Notes under the pieces: model-generated
Told to the model about the DNA's origin: nothing
The model's database searches: none
Seen by the model: the letters and a program-made list of their open reading frames with translations, nothing else
Source of the DNA: Porphyridium purpureum
Taxonomy: Eukaryota
Direction: 5' to 3'
NCBI GenBank assembly: GCA_008690995.1
Contig: VRMN01000004.1
Span: forward strand, 434,001 to 498,000
DNA: 64,000 bases
Shown here: positions 9,641-20,435 of the stretch, piece by piece
Numbering within the stretch: the first letter of the stretch is position 1
How the letters are laid out: each line of letters begins with the position of its first letter
Program-made: the position numbers and the translations under genes

Positions 9641-11412
9641 GTAAATTGACCGTGTCGGGTGACAGCCGACCTAGCCTCGAGAAATCGGGATTTCCCAAAC
9701 CCCACTATCCGAGGAGACCTCCCCGCCCGCCCTTCTCCACCACGTCGAACGCTGCGTGCGCACTCGCCGGGACGGGCCCCTGGCGCTGGCGGCGCCCTGC
9801 TTCTCCCAGGAACGAGAGCTGCGACCCCACACAAACAGCCTTGTCACGACTGAGCGCGCGCCCTTCCCTCTGTCCAACCGCCGCCACTCGTGCTTCCAAG
9901 CGTGTCCTGTGCCAATCGTGTGCCAGCCAACCAGCCATCCAACCCACCAAGTCTGGCAACAGTTTCTTCCACCTGCTCCGTTTTCGCCCCTTTTTTTAAC
10001 TGAAAAGCGTTCAGTCGGCATGTCGTATTAAAACAGCCTCCAATTGAGCGCTCCTTGGAGTCATTCTTGAGCGCTTCGACGCACCACGAATCATAAAAGC
10101 CCCCGGCGTTTATCATGAAACGGTACCGTTTACATAGAAGATAGGTACACTCGATTTCTAGAGGTACAGTTCGTTGCGGGCTTGCTTGCATGGCTCGTCA
10201 GGACCACGCAGAACGCACGCGGGCGGAACGAGCTGGTTCACAGGTCGCGAAGCGGCGAGTGCGCAGAGAAACTGCGCCGGGCGCGCATGGCGCGACCGTG
10301 GCGGCCACCAAGTAGTGAATAGGCCAGACCTCGGTCTTCCTGCGCGCGACGACCAATGCGCAAAGCGGACGAATGACGGCGCGCTTTCTCAAACAGAGCC
10401 TTCTTCAATCACGCGTCGTTCCGCGAAACCCCCCAAGCTGACCGCAAGCCATCGGCCCGATGCCACCATTTCAATGAAGACCTGGTTATCTCGCATCCCA
10501 GCACAGTCGGCGTTTGACCACCCACCCACAGATACACACATACAGGCGACGTGCGTCATCTACAGTCCTTGACGGCGGCGACGACGATGGCGACGGCGAC
10601 GGCAGCCTCAACGAGCTCGAGCGCACGGACGCCGCCTGCAAGAATGCCACGCGCGTGCCGCCTTCACCACAACGCGCGCCTCCCGCCCGCCTTCATGATG
10701 ACAATGTCATGCTTCCAGCACGCGCCTTACGAAACCGCGCGTATTTGCTATAACACGACATGGCCACGCGCCATGTCCACGTCAGCCGGCTAAAGTACAG
10801 TGAAAGCATCGCCACGACCGCTCTCAAGCCGCGTGCGGCCTTCTTGCTGATTTCGTGGTGTACAAACAAACACACAAACCACCACAACAACAAGGTACAG
10901 TGCGAGCGCGCTTAATTTATTTGCGTTGTTGTTGTTGTTGTCTTTTGTCCGTGTTCGTTCGTCGTCGTTTTGTGCGCACCGCACGCCGTGTGTGGCGCCA
11001 ACCGCGCATTTTGTGTACACAGATATTTGCCGCGGCCCCCTCTTTTCTGTCTTCTTCGCCTCTGCTTATTATTTTTTTTTTTGGTTGAAAGGGGTTTTTT
11101 AGATTCGTCGAGCTTAGTAAAAAGAAGCCTCTTTCGTATGGAATGCCCCAAAAAGGGGGTGGCCGATTTTATGGGGCTGTCACTCGCGCTGGCAGTCTGC
11201 CGATACGTGTGTGTGTGTGTGTGTGCACAGAAAGAGCGAGGTTGAAAACTACGCCAAGGTTGAACGAGAGGACGAGGAATAAAGGGGAGACGCCGCGGAG
11301 GCTCGTAAGAGAGATATAGATATATATATTTTTGAGGAGGAGGAGAAGGAGAGGTGGAGGAAGGTGACGAGGCACAGTGAGAAGAGGAAGAGGTAGCAGA
11401 GGGCTTGACACT

Positions 11413-12366
11413 ATGACGGAGTGCGCGGGCTACGCGCAGGAGGTGGCTGTGCTGAAGAGGAAGAACGAGGCACTGAGTGTGGAGCTGGGCATGGTTATGG
11501 ACGAGTTGCTTGCGCTGAAGAAAAAGGTGAGAGGTCTGGAAGGGGGCCAGCTCATGGTGGAGGAGGACGAGGACGAAGTGGACGCGCCGCCAGAGTCGGG
11601 CGCTGGAGCGGCGTTGCTGCTGCAGGTGGTGCAGGAACATGAGCTGCACATGACGAGTATGTCACAGGACGCGTCGCCTTGCCACTCGGATAAGAACGTA
11701 GTTTCAGACTCTGTCGGTATGTCCACACCGGCTGCCGTGCCTGCGTCCCAAGGTGCGGCGGCCGCGGAGGAGGACAGTGACCGCTCTCTTGGCGTCAGTA
11801 TTGCGTCCAGTGATAGAATGAACGTCGACGTCGACGTCGCCGCATCCCGAGCGAGCGCCGGCAAGCGCGCCCGCGGGAAGCGCGTGTCTGCGTCGCCCAC
11901 GAGCACACCACCCTTGAGCTCGACTGCGCCCATGTCACCGCTGGTGGCTTCTACTGCAGGCCGAAAGCGCGGGCCCTCGGCGAAGCCTGCGGCTCCGGGT
12001 CAGTCGCGATATTGGACAGCCGACGAACACGAGCTGTTTCTGGAGGCGCTCAAGCGATACGGTCACAGAGATTTGCGCTCAATTTCAAAATTTGTTGGTA
12101 CGCGGAATGTGACGCAGGTTCGCACACATACGCAGAAATACTTTATGAAGCTCATGCGTGACGCCAAACGTCGCCAGGAGTCAGAGTCGGACGGCATGCT
12201 CTCGCCAGTGCTGGGCCCGTCGCTCTCTACAGTGACCACACCAGACGCGCTGGACCTGCACGCAAAGAGCCAAGCGAGTGGAGAACACCACGCGCAGGAT
12301 GTTCGCTCAGTGCCTGAAAGCTGCGGCGTTTCTCTGCTTTCCATGGTCGCGCAGGCCACGACTTGA
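11413..12366 (+). CDS. MYB-related (SHAQKYF-class) transcription factor with N-terminal coiled coil
   Basis: RYWTADEHELFLEALKRYG...ISKFVGTRNVTQVRTHTQKYF; heptad-like segment LKRKNEALSVELGMVMDELLALKKKV. Confidence 0.9.
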   Translation: MTECAGYAQEVAVLKRKNEALSVELGMVMDELLALKKKVRGLEGGQLMVEEDEDEVDAPPESGAGAALLLQVVQEHELHMTSMSQDASPCHSDKNVVSDSVGMSTPAAVPASQGAAAAEEDSDRSLGVSIASSDRMNVDVDVAASRASAGKRARGKRVSASPTSTPPLSSTAPMSPLVASTAGRKRGPSAKPAAPGQSRYWTADEHELFLEALKRYGHRDLRSISKFVGTRNVTQVRTHTQKYFMKLMRDAKRRQESESDGMLSPVLGPSLSTVTTPDALDLHAKSQASGEHHAQDVRSVPESCGVSLLSMVAQATT

Positions 12367-12973
12367 CAGTGCGCGCTGTGAAGCTTTTGAGCAACTTGAG
12401 CCGTGACAGACGTGGCGCCAAGCTCTGTTGGGAAACGATTTTTGAACACCCCCGAATGCAACGTATTGACATGACGCGACGTAACTTGCTTGACTCCATG
12501 AGGGAGGCGCGCACTGATTTGTTTGTCCAATTTTTTCTTTCTTTTGATAGTCCTTGAAAGAGACTTTTCTTTATGATGTGACACTGCGGTTGCATTTTAG
12601 AGCATGATTTGGGTTGCGGCAACCGCAACCACGCTGGAGGGCGAGAAGGTCAGATCCACTCAATCGCGCGCGCGAGGCGCCTCCGACAATTTTTCGACTA
12701 CTTGCTTAGACCATGTGGAGACTGTATAGACGACAAAAATAACTGCAAATTTCGGTTCCTGTCTCACCCGCACGGTGTCATTGGATGACGTCATCTCACC
12801 ATGCTTTTTTGTGGCACACCGCAACGCGCTTCAGACCAGCCCAACCCTAAAGTACCACCGGTGTGCTTGCGCCATTAACCGGATAAACCGGAAATGCGAA
12901 CCGGTCATGAACGTGCCTCCACAGGACGGAGCGCCGGTTGTGACGGCACGGTGCATCGCTGCAGACATGGCGG

Positions 12974-13890
12974 ATGCTTTGCGCGATGCCAATGCATCCG
13001 AGAAAACTCCCTGAATGTAGCGCCTCGGTGCTGAAAATGTGTAGCATTGATCCAGAGATGCAGAACGATTCGCCGGCGTCCCAATCGCCTGCAACATTCA
13101 GCAGGCTGTCACAGCCTGCGCATCGTTCAGACGGGACATGCCGATGGAGGCAGGGTGCATTCGATTCTGGTGCAATGCGTACAACATATGTCCGTCTTTT
13201 AGGTTAGGCACAACTATAAAAAGCAGTATGCTGCGCTGCAGCCAAATCGTTGAGCTCGCGTACGTCTGCCCGGCAGCGGCTCCCGCAGACTCGATTCCTG
13301 TTTTGACTGGTCTGGGCGGTGACCTTGTGGCTTCCCATTTTCAGGATTATCCGGAGTTACGCACCGAGGAAGTCAACGATGAGCAGCACCTGGTAGACGG
13401 TTCTGGCCGCGTCATGGAAGTGGACGCAAATCTATTCAGCAAGACTAGAGCACACTGTGGACGTGCAATCAGTGGTGCCTTGATTTTTGATAAAAGTGAG
13501 CGTGCTGCATGCGGAGAGGAGAAGACGGCCATTTTGATCCGCGGGCCAAATTCGAGACGCGAAAACGTTGCTAAACTCGATTGACGCGGAAGTCGCCAAC
13601 TGCGCTAGTGTTTGCGCGAACGATTGGCGAGTCTGCAGTGTACTCTCTGAGTTGCTCGACACAGAACATGACGCCGTGTGCCACAAGGAGAACTACTCGG
13701 AACCGAGCACGGCGTACCCGCGCAAAACATCAAAGGCACATGGTCTGACCTCAAACAAAAGCTACCGACGAGCACCAAGGCATTGAGCAACACGAATGTG
13801 CACCTGGATGGGTTCGGATGGCGCAGGGAGCACCATAACCGCGGGCAGGCCGCTCTTCTGCAGGGTATGCAAATTTCCGAGACTGCCATC
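12974..13890 (+). mobile_element. Decayed Merlin / ISXO2(IS1595)-like DDE transposase
   Basis: Colinear motifs across three frames: WCNAYNICPSFRLGT, GSGRVMEVDANLFSK..HCGR, ANDWRVC...HDAVCHKENYSEP, GVPAQNIKGTWSDLK, HLDGFGWRREH. These resemble GG.G..VEIDES.F.K, SD.W.AY...H..VNH..NF..P, HTQ.IE..WS..K and HL.EF.WR. Frameshifts near 13565 and 13710; no TIR identified. Confidence 0.8.
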
Positions 13891-14127
13891 CATGCATTCT
13901 GCGCCGATGAACCGCTTCTTTGTCGACGGACCGTCAGGGTCGGAAGTGATCCGAATGTGTTTCGAGATAAGCAGCGCGCAGCTTGTTCTGAGCGACGCAA
14001 AGCAAAGAGCGTCAAACAGTCATTTCACGTGCACGTAGAGAAAAGTCGAAATTTCTTTCGTTACCCTGGATTGAGACGAACGCCCTAAGGCGGAAGATAC
14101 TATGTTCTGCTACTATGCCTGCTGCGT

Positions 14128-15309
14128 TCACGGTTGCTCATAAGGCATAGGCTCGTTGTACGGTTTGCGGTTGATGAGCTCGATCAAGTAACCGTCATGA
14201 TCCTTGACAAAAGCCAGCTCAAAGTCATCCGCAAATGGCCCAGGTCGGCGCGTACATTCGACGCCATTTGCCTCAAGAACTTCTACTGTTTTGTACATAT
14301 CATCAACTGTGAATCCAATGTGGCCAAATCCGCGGGGATCTGTGTTCCCATTGTGGTACGGCTTGGAGTGATCGGCATCCTTCTCGTACACGAGCTCAAC
14401 CATCGGGTACCGCTGAGAGCCCAGAAACTCGGCCTGCTTTTCCGCAGACCAGGTCGGATCCGCAGGCGTCTTGTCCGTCAGCGCCATGTAATAACGGTCC
14501 ACTTCGTTTGTCTCCACCTTGCCAACGAGCTTGAGACCCAGATTCTCATAATACTGCACGGCCTTTGCCGGGTCATTCGTACGAAGCATTGTGTGCGCGA
14601 GCACCGGGTCGGCCCCGAGTACACCCTTACATTTGCCGGGATGCTTGGCAGAGCCCTTTGTACGATTCACCAGCGCGACATAATACCCGTCGGGGTCGGC
14701 AATGTAGGCAACGGTGCCCAACCCAGCCACATGACTCGGCGCTTTGACTACTTCAGCACCAGCGCGTTGGGCATTCTCCCACGCAGCAGCCACATCATCC
14801 ACAAATATGCCAATATGACCGTAGCCTTTGGGGTCGGAATTACCGTTGTGGTGGATGCGGCCCTCCTGAGTCTCCGTTCCAAAGTTGTGCGTCAGTTCAA
14901 TTGTTGGGTACGGTCGCGTAAACAGCCACGCACCGCGCTCCTTGCGCGACGCATTCTGGTCGACTGGCGCTTCATCTGTGTACGCAAAGAACATGAGCGA
15001 AAACTTGAATTCCGGGATGGGTAACTCGGTCAGAAACGTCATCCCGAGAACGTCTTCGTAGAAACGGCGCGACGCCTCGTGGCTCTTGGCGCGCAACATG
15101 GTCTGAGCAAACACTGGGTTCCAGCCCAGCGCCCGGCCAGGGGCTGCAGGTGCGCGCACCGATTCAGCTCCTGCCATGCCTGACATGAGGACGCGGTACT
15201 GCTTGGGCACGACGCGGCGAAACGAGTGATGGCCCTGCTGGTGCACGAGGGATCGCACGGACACTGCTGAGCGCGACGAGTGCACCGAAAGTGACGCAAT
15301 CCAGGCCAT
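14128..15309 (-). CDS. GLO1: Lactoylglutathione lyase (glyoxalase I), two-domain fused type, probable plastid transit peptide
   Basis: QTMLR..IELTHNFGTE..HNGNSDPKGYGHIG and HTMLR..YHNGNTDPRGFGHIG..DHDGYLIELI; Ser/Arg-rich presequence MAWIASLS. Confidence 0.93.
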   Translation of the reverse strand: MAWIASLSVHSSRSAVSVRSLVHQQGHHSFRRVVPKQYRVLMSGMAGAESVRAPAAPGRALGWNPVFAQTMLRAKSHEASRRFYEDVLGMTFLTELPIPEFKFSLMFFAYTDEAPVDQNASRKERGAWLFTRPYPTIELTHNFGTETQEGRIHHNGNSDPKGYGHIGIFVDDVAAAWENAQRAGAEVVKAPSHVAGLGTVAYIADPDGYYVALVNRTKGSAKHPGKCKGVLGADPVLAHTMLRTNDPAKAVQYYENLGLKLVGKVETNEVDRYYMALTDKTPADPTWSAEKQAEFLGSQRYPMVELVYEKDADHSKPYHNGNTDPRGFGHIGFTVDDMYKTVEVLEANGVECTRRPGPFADDFELAFVKDHDGYLIELINRKPYNEPMPYEQP

Positions 15310-15711
15310 GGAACACACACGGGGAATCTTTCAGCCCTCGGCGGATGTGTCTTCAACGCCAGCACCCGCACAATCCAAAGCCCAAACTCTGCAATTGCCC
15401 CCTTGCCCTTCCAAAGCCGCACAACTGCGTCTTGGAGATCTCGCTTTCCAAGTGGAAGAAATGGAGCTGTACTTTTGATGCCTGGTCCAGAGTGTAAGGG
15501 GGCGCGCCAGATAGTGAAGAGCTTGGCACGGGGCAGAGCTTTTGTTTCGGCGCGCCAAAAACCTTTCAAAGTTCCGCATGATGCTTTGTTTACATTGTTC
15601 TTTGCACTCAAGCTATAATTTCTTGTCTCTCCAAGATCCATAAGCAGGCCGCACGCGATGCATTCGAGCGGACTATATGCAACAAAAGGGCAATCAGAAA
15701 CTTCTTTCAAT

Positions 15712-17562
15712 TCAGAGCAAGTCACCCACACTATACTCGCTCGGCAAGCTGCTTGTGGTGGACACGCCGGAAGACATCCGCGGGGCCGACTGCAGCGAAT
15801 GTTCATTCGTCGTGGTCGTTGCGGTAGAAGGCTGGCGCACGATAGGCACAGCGGGCTGCTTGGCACTCGACGCCGCAGGCTGCTTGACGCTCGACGCGTT
15901 CCGAGAAACGGGTCGGCTGCCACCGGCCTGACTTCCCTGCACGTTGGATGCCTGTCGGCTGCCACCCGCCTGGCTGCCTTGCACGTTGGACGCCTGTCGG
16001 CTGCCACCGGCCTGGCTTCCCTGCACGTTAGAGGCCTGTCGGCTGCCACCGGCCTGGCTGCCCTGCACGTTGGATGCCTGTCGGCTGCCACCGGTCTGAC
16101 TTCCCTGCACGTTGGACGCCTGTCGGCTGCCACCTGCCTGGCTGCCCTGCACGTTAGAGGCCTGACGACTCCCAGCAACATTTGAAGGCTGCCTGCTGCC
16201 CGCCTGGCTGGTTGCGCGAGAATTCTTCCCACTCGAAAGCCCGACAGCAAACGACATGATGCGCGAGCCTCCAGGAGACTGGCCTGTCATCGCCATGTAG
16301 TCCGTCCGCGCAGGGTCACTTTGCTGCTCCTCCTGCAGCTTCATGTCACCAAACAGAAGCAACTTTTCGCGCTGCAGTTCGACACGCCTCAAATGCACCG
16401 TCTGAATCCACTGTCTGCTCTTCTTGAAAGGCGGCACTTCCTTGTCCGTGAGTGTCTTCATCGTCCAGGTGTTTACTTCGCCCGGGTGCTTGAAACCACG
16501 CATGATGAATGCCGTTCCGTGCGGGAAGCGAGTCATGTCGACGAAAAATTTGTTCATGCTTCGCTCTACAACCTTCTTCTCATTGACGTCGTACGACGTG
16601 ATAAGCAGATCCGGAAGACCGCTCTCCTTCGTTGCGAGGTAGCGAAGGAGGCGGATTGCAAAATTATCCGCAACATCTGCGATCATCAGTAGCGCGATTT
16701 CCGGCGCGCGCGTGGAGAAAAGCTGGTTTGACGTTTCAATCAAGACGGCGAGCCGCATCAGTTCGAAGAATTCCTCGCCGCGCAGATGGTTCTGCAGGAG
16801 TTCTGGCATGCTGTGGCCGCACCCAGCCGCATACACCCATGGGTAAAAAATCTGGTCCTCAAATTGGAGGAAAATTTCAAAGAAAAAGGCAAACTCATGC
16901 CACCAACCGTAGAACTCGTCCAAGTCTGTGGAGTTCAGATACGCGCCGCGCCGCATCATCATCCAAAGCACACTGTAAAAATCCTTCATCTCCATACGAA
17001 TCGCGTTTCCGGTCAAGCAGATCATGTCGCTGGCCCAGTTCTTCCCGTAAGGCTTGAAACGGAATGCCGGCTCTTTCAGCGACAGTGTCATGCCGGGCTT
17101 GTGGTCGATGTCCGGAATCTCCGACCATGCCGAGCTCGTACGGCGGCGGACACCATACATGGACTCGGTGTAGGTTCGCGGGAGGCCATCGTTCGTGCCA
17201 AAAGTGGTCGCGGTCTTCTGCGACGACGCACGCGGCATGCTGCCCTGTGCAGCGTGTGAGGACGCATTGCTCCTGACCGAGGCGCTCCTGGACGTGTTCC
17301 TGCTGCCGCCGTTCTGCTGCGGGTCGGCGGAAGCCGCGCGCGCCAGCGACTGGCTCGACTTTGAGGATGCGGCCGCGGACGACGGGATGCGAGCCACAGG
17401 GCGCGGCACCTCGGAATCCGCGCGCGAGGACGAGCCCGTGGACGGCCCGGAGCCCTGAATGACAAGCGCGGGCGCGTCCTGCAGCGAGTACGCCGTCGAC
17501 ACCTCCGAGCTATCGCGGCTCATCTCATACCCAGCGGACCCCAACGAATCATCTCGCGCCAT
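15712..17562 (-). CDS. Hypothetical protein with a degenerate hemerythrin-like helical domain, Ser-rich termini and 14-aa repeats
   Basis: 616-aa ORF; central helical block NAIRMEMKD...FYGWWHEF...QFEDQIFYPWV resembles the hemerythrin H.AIRRE...EE..LFP spacing. Confidence 0.75.
   Translation of the reverse strand: MARDDSLGSAGYEMSRDSSEVSTAYSLQDAPALVIQGSGPSTGSSSRADSEVPRPVARIPSSAAASSKSSQSLARAASADPQQNGGSRNTSRSASVRSNASSHAAQGSMPRASSQKTATTFGTNDGLPRTYTESMYGVRRRTSSAWSEIPDIDHKPGMTLSLKEPAFRFKPYGKNWASDMICLTGNAIRMEMKDFYSVLWMMMRRGAYLNSTDLDEFYGWWHEFAFFFEIFLQFEDQIFYPWVYAAGCGHSMPELLQNHLRGEEFFELMRLAVLIETSNQLFSTRAPEIALLMIADVADNFAIRLLRYLATKESGLPDLLITSYDVNEKKVVERSMNKFFVDMTRFPHGTAFIMRGFKHPGEVNTWTMKTLTDKEVPPFKKSRQWIQTVHLRRVELQREKLLLFGDMKLQEEQQSDPARTDYMAMTGQSPGGSRIMSFAVGLSSGKNSRATSQAGSRQPSNVAGSRQASNVQGSQAGGSRQASNVQGSQTGGSRQASNVQGSQAGGSRQASNVQGSQAGGSRQASNVQGSQAGGSRQASNVQGSQAGGSRPVSRNASSVKQPAASSAKQPAVPIVRQPSTATTTTNEHSLQSAPRMSSGVSTTSSLPSEYSVGDLL
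15910..16170 (-). repeat. 42-bp coding tandem repeat (GSQAGGSRQASNVQ, about 6 copies)
   Basis: Plus-strand units such as ccctgcacgtt[g/a]ga.gcctgtcggctgccaccggcctg recur every 42 bp with mostly synonymous differences. Confidence 0.9.
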
Positions 17563-18001
17563 CCTTCCCGCGTCACCTCCCCACCGTTCCCGCGACGCGC
17601 GTCTCCCTTCCCCCTCGTCTCCCTCTCCCCCTTCTTTTCCCCTTCTGCACCTCCACCAATCGATTCAACGCTTCCTATGAAACCCTTCCAACTCTTCCAA
17701 TAAAAATCATCCACCTACCCGATTCACAAAATCACAAATCACCATCATCCACACGGCAACGTGAGGTGTTCCGCGTCATGGGCAGAAATCAACAATCACA
17801 ATCAGGTGCCGCACACGAGTACAAAAGCACTCAAGCCCCCAACCGTGACCAGAACAGAGAACGGACACGGGCTGCGGGGTTGGACGCGGGTCTTCATAAA
17901 ATGATCCGGTTTTGCTCGAAGATGGACGGAGGTTCCGTGAAAACGGGGGGTAGAGAAGGAGGTCGTAGCGGAAAGGGTCACGCCGCATGTCTGGCATTTA
18001 C

Positions 18002-18794
18002 TCAGCCGTACAGAATCGGAATCGGTTGCAGTTTCGTGGTGCACACGTGCCTTGAAGATCGGCAGAGTCTAACATGTATTTTGGCGTAGGCGCATTGAAA
18101 TTGGCCAGTGCAAAAGAGTCGGAGGTTTTCCGAATCCAGCCTGATGACATTCTGAAGCCCTTGCACAGTCTGATGCTGCCGTGCACCCTTGCAAACCTTG
18201 CGCGCCGTCATTCTCGTTCAGCTCGGAGTTTTTCTTAAAACATCTTGTTCGTGCTGTGGCCAGTCTAGGAGCTCCGTATTCTCATCGTTCGTGAAATTCT
18301 TCAGCAGGCGACGCCTGTGGCCTGGTATGTTGTCCTGCTGAAGCATCAGTTTCGAGCCGACCATGTGATAAGACTGGTTCAGCGCACCGTCATCCCGGAG
18401 CATAAAATCACATTCGGCAGCCGTAAACGTCCCGTCAATGAAGTGAAGGTAAACCTTTCCTCTCGCAGAAAAAGTGCCCCAAACCAAGCATCTACCACCA
18501 CCAGAGTGTCGCGACCAAACGTCAGGAACATCCTCTGCTCGGAAAATCCACATTCTTTCAAAACCCATCCGACCCGTAGAGATTGATCTTCCTTTCGTCA
18601 GTAAATACGAATACGACCCAATTTGTTTGTCTAGTTTGCTGGCGTCTGACGGAGGCCAACCTATTCAGCCTGCGATTGATTGTCTTAATACTAACAAACA
18701 AAAAAGCATACAAATGAATGGATTGACCAAGACACCCTAGCCAAGGCCTGCAAGTTTTCTGTCCAACACAGTACGTTTTAGGGGTGACGTCCAT
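18002..18794 (-). mobile_element. Decayed Tc1/Tc3-like (IS630-Tc1-mariner) transposase
   Basis: WVVFVFTDERKINLYGSDG, GGGRCLVWGTFS, LHFIDG, LQQDNIPGH, LLDWP and ARKVCKGARQHQTV occur in the expected order, with frameshifts and stops; the SPDLNPIE motif is destroyed. Confidence 0.88.
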
Positions 18795-20435
18795 TTCTAA
18801 AAGCTTGAGGAAGGAAATCCTATTGTTTTGACCGAGGAAAAAAGTAACCAGTAGGTAAGGGTGAAAGCAAATAAGGCATAGAGATACAGTTTCTAGTCAC
18901 ATGCCCTTTGTACTCGGCACAGCCAAGGAAACCAAGATGTACGTAGTCTCTTTTCACCAAAGAATGTGCTTTTTTCTGACACAGGACAGGCACGCACCCT
19001 CTTCCTTTTCTCTATCCTTCCTTTTCGCGACCGTGACAGCTAGCTTTTCTGCCCCGAGGCCAAGGCAACCTCAGGTATAACCGGTTGAATTGCATCTGGG
19101 CTCTAAACGGTTCAGGAAAGTTGCGATGTCGCTGTAAGGAATAGTTGGTGGCTCAAGGCTCCAGCAATCAGTTTCAACAGACATCAGTTCGCATGCACGC
19201 GTTCCGGTCAGTCAGCAGGTGCGTGTCTAGCAAACTGGTCGGCTATGTTTATGCCGGTCCGGCGACACGTACTCAGTTTCTCATTCGTGATTGAAAAAGA
19301 ATGGGAATGTGCACTTCTGACGGTGTGTGAGCTTGGAATGACTAGCTTGAATGAAAAGATGATGACGAGTACACAAGCAGTGCTTTACGCTTTAGGACTG
19401 AGTTCCTGTCGGGCGTGGTTGCTTTGAATATCCAAGGCCTGGCTATCTGGAAGGGCTAGTTTACTTCTCAGGGAGCCCCGCGTCTTGAATACGCTTGGTT
19501 ATCAACACGACAAGGAGAGGCCACAATGTTGGGCGCGGGGAACGAACGAGGTTTCAAACTATTCGGTCGAACACAAAAGGTCGCAGTTCCGGTATGTACG
19601 GGCTCTTGACTGATAGAGGGGCACAACAATACGAACCTTATGTTTCGGAGGAGACGCAACAGCTGCCTACCTAAGTCTGACGGAACTCTTTGCGGCAAGA
19701 TTCATTTCGCCGACGCTCTCTTCTTTGACGTTTTAAGCCTCTGGTTTAAGTCACTGAATAAATCGAATTTGGTCTGAGTGCCCGAACACCAGGGTCTTTG
19801 GGATAGGGTTTTGCTTCTCGTGAGCGAAGAATGTGGGAATGAGCGTCCCGCTCCGTTCCCGGTGCACAGCAAGGGCTCCGACCCATGCTGTGGCCACCGC
19901 CAGGCTCCCACAAGGCAGAGGATAATTATAACTCCCGTTTTAACTCCACAATAAGCCAACTTTATGGTGTCGATACCATCAACTTCTTCGCTCCTTTTTT
20001 GTCTACTCTCGCCGCACTCTTCGCTAGTGGGCCCTTTATATAGGTCCCCAATTTGGCTAGCAGTGACGGCGCTCTCAGAGGTCCTAGTCAGATGCAAATT
20101 CGTGGGCAGCTTTAGATGTGTACTCTGTGTACACATGTACGCGTTCTGACACTGAGCCATCACGATGTTTTCTACAGACACAGTCTCCTTCCGGATGGAT
20201 ACGATGAAATAGGAGTGCTTGCCGTGCGCTTCAGCTCAACTACGAAGAGCGTGGGGCCGCAGTTCATCTTCTTAATCACCGCGACACTCCATTGTTCACG
20301 AAGAAAGAAACCGTTCAATTCGTATGCCCAATTACCCGTTCGTCGGGTTTTATCGATGCCTCCCTGACAGCGTCGACTCCAGCGCGAAGAAGCTGATGGC
20401 TGGGTGACTGAAAGGCTGGCAGCTTGGCTGGTCGC

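Noticed and set aside
10695..10850. Possible C/D-box snoRNA (ATGATGA ... CTGA)
   Set aside because: No terminal stem or recognisable rRNA guide; such boxes occur by chance.
15039..16250. 403-aa alternative-frame ORF with AADRxPTCR repeats
   Set aside because: By-product of the stop-free 42-bp repeat in the 616-aa gene; it also overlaps the glyoxalase start.
19468..20181. Another same-frame ORF pair split by TGA
   Set aside because: The translation is not protein-like, has no recognisable motif and meets a TAG four codons after the second TGA.
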